Shown in pieces: positions 55,015 to 64,000 of a stretch of DNA of 64,000 bases. The stretch lies in NCBI GenBank assembly GCA_002269645.1, contig NIVC01000839.1, forward strand, positions 248,001 to 312,000. The letters run 5' to 3'. Within the stretch, counting starts at the first letter, position 1. Each line of letters starts with the position of its first letter. Below the pieces are notes generated by a model. The model ran no database searches. It saw nothing but the letters and a program-made list of their open reading frames with translations, and had not been told where the DNA came from. Made by a program: the position numbers and the translations under genes. Source of the stretch: Macrostomum lignano. Taxonomy: Eukaryota.

Positions 55015-57544
55015 ATGAGTCTCTTTACGCTTCTAACCGCAATCTTTCTGACAGCATTCGTTCAGGCCTCGATGACGGCTAAGAGTGAGTTCTCAAATGC
55101 ACCCATAAATGTTCTATAGGCTACATAATTATTTAATAATAATAATATTCACTGAGCTGAGGCAATTCTGCCCATTCTGCTGACTCCTAAGCATACAACT
55201 GTAAACAAAAACTTGTACATGTAGCTCTTCTTTCGAGAATTATATAACATACTACCGCAAGAAACTGCATCCTTTTCCTTTCATTCACTGTCCGAATTTT
55301 CTAGTTGCTGGTCAACGCTGCGAGGCCAAATCGTTCGTTTACGATCGTCGGCACGAGAGCACACGCGGACATCACTGCGAGTTTGGTAATTGGTGACCAT
55401 TCTGCTGGGGTTTGAGGTGTCTTCGTGGCGTACGCCAGACAGATAAACTATGATCAGTAACTGAGGAAATCTGCTGTTACTATGTGTATTGCGATGCAGT
55501 GGTAATTCTTAATCCTCCCCGCAGCTCCCCAGAACTGGTGGCGAATCAGCGAAGCCTGCAAGGATCTCCGCAAGAACCGACCGTCTCCCATCAGCATCCC
55601 ACTGGGAGTCTGCAAGACTAAGTCCAAAAACTTGAAAAACATCACGCTTGGACGGGGCTGGTCTCGCGAAAGAGATTTTATCGTTAAAAATAACGGGCAT
55701 TCAAGTGAGTTATTATCGTGTTCTGTTCCTTCTACTACTCTTAGTAGGCGGTTAAAGAAAATATTGCATAACTGCACAGTATTTTATAAAAAAGCAAATT
55801 TCGTGTCAATTGCTAACCTGCCTGCTCACAAATCACCTGTCTGCTCACAAATCACCTGTCAGTGCTCACAAATCACCTGTCAGTGCTCAGAAATCACCTG
55901 TCAGTGCTCACAAAGCACCTGTCTGCTCACAAATCACCTGTCAGTGCTAAAAAATCACCTGTCAGTGCCCACAAATCACCCGTCAGTGCTCACAAAACAC
56001 CTGTCAGTGCTCACAAATCACCTGTCAGTGCTCACAAATCACCTGTCAGTGCTAAAAAATCACCTGTCAGTGCTCACAAATCACCTGTCAGTGCTCACAA
56101 ATCACCTGTCAGTGCTCACAAAACACCTGTCAGTGCTCACAAGGCAACTCCCACACCATCTACCCTCTCCACAGTCCAAGCAGACGCGGTGGACGGTGCC
56201 GACCTGACGGTGACGGGAGGCCACCTGAAAGGCACCTACAGCTGCATCCAGTTCCACTTCCACTGGGGCAGCCGGGCCAACATGGAGAAGGGCATCGGCA
56301 GCGAGCATCGGCTGGTTGACGCGGCCGGCAAGGAGGTGCCGACGCCTCTGGAGGTGCACATCGTGTGCAAGCGGCGGGAGCTGAGCGTCAAACAGGCTGT
56401 CAGCACCCCAGACGCCATCGCTGTGCTGGGGGGCTTCATCCAGCCCATGAAGGTGAGGCTCTGGTTCTGTTCACTCCAGCGTGTATATGAGTGCTCAGGT
56501 TCGATTCTGTGCTCAAATAGAAAGATCTCACACAGAGTGTACAGCAGCCTTCACTTTCTAATCGTCAGGCATGTTTAAGTAACTAAAATTACTCAACTAA
56601 AGTACATTTTCAGCTCGTAATATATCCCTAATTGATTCCAGCCCACAGAGGAAGACACCTGGGCTGATTACGCAATTTCCCAGGTGCTGGGCTACATGAC
56701 GGGACTGCTGAAACCTGTGGAGCACGGAGCCGCGGTGTCTCACGAAGGTTAGTCTGTCAAGCAGGGAAATAATTATCAAAAATGTATTTTAATTGTCATT
56801 TAACCGAGAGACAGGTAGACAATGTATTTGTCCACGACTGATATGCTAGAATGCATAAACACCCGGCAAACTTAAAGGCAGTCTTTACTTAGCTCATACG
56901 TAGTCAATGAGCAGTCAATGAGCAGTCAATGAGCAGTCCATCTCAAGCCCTCCCACTTGCCTCTGCAGATGCACCGACAGTGCAGCTGCAGCTCCGCGAC
57001 CTTCTGCCCGACAACCTCCAGCGGTTCGTGAACTACGATGGAGCCTTCACCACCCCTGGCTGCAACCCGGTGGCGCAGTGGCATCTCTTCACCGACATGA
57101 TGAAGATCCGCAAGGAGCTGGTGAGAACTCGATATTGATCAGGCTGTAGATCAGGCTGTAGATCAGGCTGTAGATCAGGCTATAGATCAGGCTGTAGATC
57201 AGGCTATAGATCAGGCTGTAGATCAGGCTGTAGATCAGGCTATAGACCAGGCTGTAGATCAGGCTATAGATCAGGCTATAGATCAGGCTATAGATCAGGC
57301 TATAGATCACGCTGGTGATCAGGCTATAGATCAGGCTATAGATCAGACTGTAGATCAGGCTACAGATCAGGCTATAGATCAGGCTATGGATCAGGCTCAC
57401 ATGAAACCCCCCGAACCTCTCCAGCTGTTGCAGTTCACAACGGCTTTTTTTGACAAAGCCAAGACTCGCCCGATGGTGAACAATTTCCGCCCCGTGATGA
57501 GCCGGCACGGCCGAGAGATTCGCTGCAGCTTCGGCAACATTTAG
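55015..57544 (+). CDS. Secreted alpha-carbonic anhydrase, copy 1, 7 exons (55015-55084, 55305-55385, 55525-55704, 56175-56452, 56642-56747, 56969-57120, 57425-57544), about 328 aa
   Basis: Hydrophobic N-terminus MSLFTLLTAIFLTAFVQAS; PSPI, NNGHS, QFHFHWG, GSEH, EVH, GAFTTPGC and NNFRP. All GT-AG phases are consistent. Confidence 0.9.
55815..56140. repeat. 21-bp minisatellite (gtcagtgctcacaaatcacct) in CA copy 1 intron 3
   Basis: The same unit is in copy 2 intron 3. Confidence 0.95.
57137..57400. repeat. 12-bp minisatellite (gatcaggctata/gatcaggctgta) in CA copy 1 intron 6
   Basis: Direct reading. Confidence 0.95.
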
Positions 57545-57974
57545 AAGCGGCCGAGGGCTTCGAATGTTGTCTCCGGCTGAATTAATTTAAAGTACACTGA
57601 GGATAAAGTGACTGAACTCTGACAGAATTATGAGGTTTCTGTTTTACACTTTCCGGGTTTTTCGGAGTCATTTTTGTTATACTGTTAAGAAAAATGTTTA
57701 TTTTAGTTTCGAAGTCTTTTTTGTTTTACTATTTAGAAAAATATCCGGTTTCAGGACGCGCGAAAATTTGAAACGATTTAAACAGCTCTTCCTGATTGTG
57801 TTGATGGGTTTATTCTAATTAACTGAGTCGTTTTTCATCGTTGTCTGTTTCTTTATTCTTTAGCATTATGTCCACCCACCGACAAGTGGTGTCATTGGTG
57901 GTTTAGCAACGTGTGAAGTAGGCACAAGCAGGCAGAAGTGCCGTTAAATTTCGTGGCATTGGGGACGCCATTTT

Positions 57975-58150
57975 GCTTAAATGGGTGTGAGTTTGTTTGA
58001 ATGGGTGTGAATTTGTTTTAATGGGCGTGAATTTGTTTGAATGGGCGTGAATTTGTTTGAATGGGCGTGAATTTGTTTGAATGGGCGTGAATTTGTTTGA
58101 ATGGGCTTGAATTTGTTTAAGTTGGCGTGAATTTTTTTAAATAGGCGTGA
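57975..58150. repeat. 20-bp minisatellite (aatgggcgtgaatttgtttg) abutting the truncated NHL paralog 3
   Basis: About 9 units. Confidence 0.9.
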
Positions 58151-58151
58151 A

Positions 58152-59471
58152 TTGGTACAGCAAAACATCGACTCGTTTCGTAGCAGAGTGACGGGCCAGC
58201 TCTCAGGTGTGCTTGAGGCAGTGCGTGTGTGCGAGCGGGACCTCGAGGACGTCTCCAGCTACAAGCAGGAGGTGGCCACGGCGGAGGCTGCAGGCGACAT
58301 GGCGGAGCTGCTTCGCCTGGTCCAGTCCATGCACGAATCGCTTGGAGACTTGGAGGCCGACTTTGAGAGGTCAGAGCGCCTGCTCAGAGAACAGAGCGAC
58401 AATGAGGAGCTGCAGCTGCGGCTTCTGGGCCAGCTCGAGCGGCTGGTCGGCATTTGTGCGGGACGCAGCGAAGAGGTCGACTGGTCGAGAGACGTTGCGG
58501 TGACCGCGACATCCGATAAGATAGACAGAAATATAGCTGCTGAGAGAGAGAGAATGTTGGAGCCGATGGTCTTCAGTCACGAGGTGAAGCTGGATGACCG
58601 TGTTGAATACCTGGCTGTGTGCAGCGACACCAGCGGATTCGTTTGTGACCGCTCAGGCCGTGTGGTTCCTACTGACTCAGCGGGAGACGGCAGCGAGGCT
58701 CTGCCTCAGCCCTGCATCCTGGTATCATTTCTTATCAACAGAGACCACCTGCTGGTGCTGTCTGTGGACGGCTCACAGAAGCTGCGGTGCCACTGCGACA
58801 TCGACTGGAAGAAGGAAATCTGGGGCCTTCACTGCGACCGTCAGCTGCTGTTCATTGCTCAGCATGACGCAGTGACAGTGACGGACCTGAGCGGTCGCGT
58901 GGTGCATCGAGTCCGCCCACACAACGAGGGCTTCGCTGACATCAGGGGAATCGGCGGCAACGCAGCTCGAACGCAGTTTCCACTGGTGTTTGTGTCCAGT
59001 GGAAACAAAATTGCTGCATTCAGCAAAGCGACTTGGCAGATGGAGACGGTCATCACGCTGTCTCAGCTTCCTCATGCTCGACTGGGTAACCTGGCGACTC
59101 ACGACAACTGCATTCTGGTGAGAGACTGGATGCACAATCAGGTGCACAGAGTGCGCATCGACACCCAGCAGCTGGTCGCCTCCTTCCCGACTCAGCGTTC
59201 CGGCCTCCAACACTTTTCTATGCCACTGGATGTGGCCGTCGACAGCAGAGGCCGCCTGTTCGTGAGTGAACATTGGGGTCACTCAGTGCGAGCGGTGGCT
59301 GCAGACGACGGGTCGCTGCTGTGGACTCTGGGGACTCCGGGCGAGAGCGGCAGCGGAGACGGCAGATTCGACGGGCCATGGGGTCTGGCGGTGGTGCCGG
59401 GAGGTCCGTGCGAGCAGCTGGTGGTGACTGACCTTTTCAACAGCAGACTGCAGGTGTTCAGTGCACCCTAA
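58152..59471 (+). CDS. NHL-repeat protein paralog 3, lacking the Zn-finger N-terminus (5'-truncated, or upstream exon not found)
   Basis: From ttggtacagcaaaac onward it is near-identical to paralog 2 (35006 onward) and diverges toward the 3' end. The frame is open to 59471. Confidence 0.7.
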   Translation: MVQQNIDSFRSRVTGQLSGVLEAVRVCERDLEDVSSYKQEVATAEAAGDMAELLRLVQSMHESLGDLEADFERSERLLREQSDNEELQLRLLGQLERLVGICAGRSEEVDWSRDVAVTATSDKIDRNIAAERERMLEPMVFSHEVKLDDRVEYLAVCSDTSGFVCDRSGRVVPTDSAGDGSEALPQPCILVSFLINRDHLLVLSVDGSQKLRCHCDIDWKKEIWGLHCDRQLLFIAQHDAVTVTDLSGRVVHRVRPHNEGFADIRGIGGNAARTQFPLVFVSSGNKIAAFSKATWQMETVITLSQLPHARLGNLATHDNCILVRDWMHNQVHRVRIDTQQLVASFPTQRSGLQHFSMPLDVAVDSRGRLFVSEHWGHSVRAVAADDGSLLWTLGTPGESGSGDGRFDGPWGLAVVPGGPCEQLVVTDLFNSRLQVFSAP

Positions 59472-60054
59472 TTTTATTCACAGGCCGAATATTAATCGAA
59501 CTGTGGGATTTCTTGAGTGATTGATTTCTTGGAGGCCGGGTTTTTGTTCGAGTTTTTTACATTGTGGAATTTTTACATGTTATGACCTTTTTTGTCTGAT
59601 AATTGTTTATCGTGTCCAGCATATTCAGAATTGATATTTATTGAATAGAAGCACATTAAACATTATGCATGTATTCAGTAATTACATTAAACTTACGTTG
59701 GCCCTTAACACTTCTTTCATTGTTTTTCTTTTTCTAGAAGTTTCAGCACCAGAAATTGGGACTTGACTGTTGAATTGAATTTCAGCAAAAGTGGCATGCA
59801 GTTTACTTAAATTCTCTGCACTCGCTGCAGACTCAGCTCTCGCTTCTGTGTTGCATTTTCCTCAGTGGTTCACTGCTTTGTGTTTTATATGCATGGGCAC
59901 AGGCATTCTTATCTGGGAAATCATTGTTAAAATATAAGCTTTGGAAAGTTGAAATTGATGGCACAACTGCTAAACATGCAAACTTCAATTAAGGATGGGG
60001 ATCTGTGATGGGATCTGATTCTTTCAACTAAAGGGCTGCATGAGCATAGTGGGA

Positions 60055-60385
60055 TGTAGCACCAAGGTGCGCCAGGACCAAGGGGCGCCAGCACCAAGGG
60101 GCGCCAGCACCAAGGGGCGCCAGCACCAAGGGGCGCCAGCACCAAGGGGCGCCAGCACCAAGGGGCGCCAGCACCAAGGGGCGCCAGCACCAAGGGGCGC
60201 CAGCACCAAGGGGCGCCAGCACCAATTGGGGCGCCAGCACCAAGGGGCGCCAGCACCAAGGGGCGCCAGCACCAAGGGGCGCCAGCACCAAGGGGCGCCA
60301 GCACCAAGGGGCGCCAGCACCAAGGGGCGCCAGCACCAAGGGGCGCCAGCACCAAGGGGCGCCAGCACCAAGGGGCGCCAGCACT
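60055..60385. repeat. 17-bp GC-rich minisatellite (gcgccagcaccaagggg)
   Basis: About 19 near-identical units. Confidence 0.95.
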
Positions 60386-60915
60386 AAGGGCTACTAAATA
60401 CACGACCTGTTATATAGTAAGTTTTCATCTGTAGCAGAGCAAAGCTGAGCTAACATTGTTAACAGCCAATGCCAACATCAAAATAGTTCTGTTGAGTCTA
60501 TAAGAACTTCATATCTGAAGCTTTAATAGAAAATGTCGTGTCGTGAATGTACACTGATGCGTACACCACTTGCAGGACATACATAGATGACTGCATTGGC
60601 TTTGTAGGCCAGCCTTCCAATTTAGCCCTAAAGATTAAGCTTTATTTAATCTTCGTCAGGTGGCTCCAGCCAAAACTAACTTCACTAACTTGCATGTACA
60701 TCACTGAACGATGCACTTTTAGCTTTCAGTGCACTAGACAAAACTAGGTGTGTTCAAATTTTAGACCAATCAAGTTTGCATGTACGTTCGTAATTAGGCC
60801 AATTTGGAAAGATTTATATATAGCTAGCTTTGCGAATTTCATTGTGACCATCAAGTGAATATCAGTATTAGAGTCTATACAGAAAGGCCAGCTTCTACAG
60901 TGTTCTGCACCAAGC

Positions 60916-63900
60916 ATGACTCACCACTGTGTGCTGCTGACAGCTGCTCTTCTGACAGCATGCGTTCACCTCTCTGTGGCTGGAATTTGTGAGTTTTCAG
61001 GCAGGCTGTAGATCAGGCTATAGATCAGGCTGGAGATCAGGCTGTAGATCCGGCTATAGATCAGGCTATAGATCAGGCTGGAGATCAGGCTGTAGATCCG
61101 GCTATAGATCAGGCTGGAGATCAGGCTGTAGATCAGGCTATAGATCAGACTGGAGATCAGGCTGTAGATCAGGCTATAGATCAGGCTGTAGATCAGACTG
61201 TAGATCAGACTATAGATCAGGCTATAGATCAGGTTATAGATCAGACTATAGATCAGGCTGTAAATCAGACTGTAGATCAAACTGTAGATCCGGCTATAGA
61301 TCAGGCTATAGATCAGGCTGTAGATCAGGATGTATAGATCAGGCTGTAGATCAGACTGTAGATCAAACTGTAGATCAGGCTATAGATCAGGCTGTAGATC
61401 AGGCTGTAGATCAGGCTATAGATCAGGCTATAGATCAGGCTATAGATCAGGCTATAGATCAGGCTGTAGATAAGGCTGTAGATCAGGCTGTATGAATCAG
61501 ACTGTAGATCAGGCTATAGATCAGGCTATAAAATCAGGCTGTAGATCAGACTATAGATCAGGCTATAGATCAGGCTATAGATCAGACTATAGATCAGACT
61601 ATAGATCAGGCTATAGATCAGGCTGTAGAACAGGCTATAGATCAGGCTATAGATCAGGCTATAGATCAGGCTATATAGATCAGGCTGTAGATCAGGCTAT
61701 AGATTAGGCTATAGATCAGGCTATAGATCAGGCTATATATCAGGCTATTGATTACGCTACCACCTTCATTCCCTGATTTCAGTTGCCCAGCGCCTTCGCT
61801 GCACTTTTCAAACCTTTGTTTACGAGCACGAGCACATTCGAGTCCAGCGATGCGAGTTTGGTGAGACCCGATTTGAGCTTTTCCAACTAATCCTAATCTC
61901 CATTCTAGCCAATGTTTCTCAACTGACCATGCACAGCTCCGCAGAGCTGGTGGCAGATGAGCCATCACTGCAAAGATCTCCCAGAGAACCGGCCGTCGCC
62001 CATTAGAATGGAGCTGTCACTCTGCCAGAGCGAGTCGGTCCAGTTGAAGCCCATCGAGCTGGGAGGCGGCTGGAGCGAAAATAGAAAGTTTGTTGTGTGG
62101 AATAACGGGCATTCAAGTGAGTTCGTTGGTTTCCTGTAAAATTGCTCGGAATGTACTTAAGATCTGACAGTCGAAAGCACCTGTCAGTGCTCAAAAATCA
62201 CCTGTCAGTACTCACAAAGCACCTGTCAGTGCTCACAAATCACCTGTCAGTGCTCACAAATCACCTGTCAGTGCTCACAAATCACCTGTCAGTGCTCACA
62301 AATCACCTGTCAGTGCTCACAAATCACCTGTCAGTGCTCACAAATCACCTGTCAGTACTCACAAATCACCTGTCAGTGCTCACAAAACACCTGTCAGTGC
62401 TCACAAATCACCTGTCAGTGCTCACAAAGCTACCTGTCAGTGCTCACAAATCACCTGTCAGTGCTCACAAAACACCTGTCAGTGCTCACAAGGCAACTCC
62501 CACACCATCTACCCTCTCCACAGTCCAAGCAGACGCGGTGGACGGTGCCGACCTGACGGTGACGGGAGGCCACCTGAAAGGCACCTACAGCTGCATCCAG
62601 TTCCACTTCCACTGGGGCAGCCGGGCCAACATGGAGAAGGGCATCGGCAGCGAGCATCGGCTGGTTGACGCGGCCGGCAAGGAGGTGCCGACGCCTCTGG
62701 AGGTGCACATCGTGTGCAAGCGGCGGGAGCTGAGCGTCAAACAGGCTGTCAGCACCCCAGACGCCATCGCTGTGCTGGGGGGCTTCATCCAGCCCATGAA
62801 GGTGAGGCCCTTGTTGTTGAATTGAGTCAACTGACGGAGCGCCATTTCATTTGAGGGGGCGCCATTTCATTTGAGGGGGCGCCATTTCATTTGTTGGGGG
62901 CGCCATTTCATTTGAGGAGGCGCCAATTTTATTCGGGGGCGCCATTTCATTTGAGGGGTTCCATTTCATTTGAGGGGGTGCCATTTCATTTGAGGGGGCG
63001 CCGTTTCACTTGAGGGGGCGCCGGTATCCGGGGCTAACTATACATGCACTGCAAGGGGTGTCGCCAGTCGTCATTAAAATTCCTTCATTTCCAGCCCGCA
63101 GACAACGAGACGTTGGCTGACTATGCTATTTCCGAATTGTTGGCCAACATCACGGGACTGCTGATACCTATGAAGCGCGGACCGCACTCGGGGCGCCAGC
63201 TTCGGGATGAAGGTAATGCCTGTTGGATGAAGCTGATTGGTTAAGTGGCAGCTGAGCAGCTCAGCGCTTTTTGATGAACGACCCATGAGCAGTCCATCTC
63301 AAGCCCTCCCACTTGCCTCTGCAGATGCACCGACAGTGCAGCTGCAGCTCCGCGACCTTCTGCCCGACAACCTCCAGCGGTTCGTGAACTACGATGGAGC
63401 CTTCACCACCCCTGGCTGCAACCCGGTGGCGCAGTGGCATCTCTTCACCGACATGATGAAGATCCGCAAGGAGCTGGTGAGGGTCTCGCTTTTGAAGCTG
63501 TAGATCAGGCTAGATCAGGCTGTAGATCAGACTATAGATCAGGCTATAGATCAGGCTATAAATCAGACTTTAGATCAGGCTATAAATCAGACTGTAGATC
63601 AGGATATAGATCAGGCTATAGATCAGGCTATAGATCAGGCTATAGATCAGGCTTTAGATCAGGCTATAGATCAGGCTATAGATCAGGCTGTAGATCAGGC
63701 TATAGATCAGACTATAGATCAGGCTATAGATCAGGCTATAGATCATGTTATACATGTAGATCAGACTATAGATGAGGCTCACATCAACCCCCGCACCTCT
63801 CCAGCTGCTGCAATTCACAACGGTCTTCTTCGACAGAGCCAAAACTCACCCGATGGTGAACAATTTCCGCCCCGTGATGAGCCGGCACGGCCGAGAGATT

Positions 63901-63924
63901 CGCTGCAGCTTCGGCAGCAGTTAG
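60916..63924 (+). CDS. Secreted alpha-carbonic anhydrase, copy 2, 7 exons (60916-60988, 61783-61860, 61937-62116, 62524-62801, 63095-63212, 63325-63476, 63805-63924)
   Basis: Hydrophobic N-terminus MTHHCVLLTAALLTACVHLSVAG. Same motifs, intron positions and phases as copy 1. Confidence 0.9.
61003..61748. repeat. 12-bp gatcaggctata minisatellite in CA copy 2 intron 1
   Basis: Same unit as the intron 6 arrays; absent from copy 1 intron 1. Confidence 0.95.
62175..62490. repeat. 21-bp minisatellite in CA copy 2 intron 3
   Basis: gtcagtgctcacaaatcacct units. Confidence 0.95.
62835..63025. repeat. 20-bp minisatellite (gggggcgccatttcatttga) in CA copy 2 intron 4
   Basis: About 9 units. Confidence 0.9.
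63496..63780. repeat. 12-bp gatcaggctata minisatellite in CA copy 2 intron 6
   Basis: Direct reading. Confidence 0.95.
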
Positions 63925-64000
63925 AAGCGGCTGCAGATTGGGGCCTCAAAATTCAATTCCTGTGCTTCGAGGTTTTCTATTTACACTAAAATATTTCCTA

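Noticed and set aside
62142-62825. CA isoform with a repeat-encoded N-terminal extension (ORFs 62142-62825 and 55862-56578)
   Set aside because: Canonical splice sites give a complete 7-exon model. Intron retention meets a stop or frameshift; the frame is open only because the 21-mer lacks stops.

Overview
This is intron-containing animal genomic DNA, not prokaryotic. It has GT-AG spliced genes, poly-Q exons and minisatellites in most introns; a flatworm such as Macrostomum is my guess from style only. Host genes on the + strand are FAM8A1, RSU1, SEH1L, CCDC174, three intronless zinc-finger/coiled-coil/NHL-propeller paralogs and two 7-exon secreted alpha-carbonic anhydrases. The most informative structure is a three-layer nest at 37559-54131. 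(1) An old 0.78-kb solo LTR has an ATAT target-site duplication (TSD). (2) It is split by a young Ty3/gypsy-type element of the same LTR family in the opposite orientation (37868-53658, ATAG TSD, ~1.99-kb near-identical LTRs, tRNA-Leu primer-binding site). That element encodes only Gag plus a -1-frame protease and has no recognisable RT, RNase H, integrase or env. (3) Its 3' LTR is interrupted by an apparently full-length LOA/R1-type LINE with a 14-bp TSD, and the empty site is visible in the other LTR. Other notable points: RSU1 has CTG where the start Met aligns; the carbonic anhydrase pair is a mosaic of identical and divergent exons; a diverged LSU rRNA fragment covers the R2/I-PpoI target region. 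I found no CRISPR array, complete RNA gene or prokaryote-type defence system. All family assignments come from remembered motifs, not database searches.
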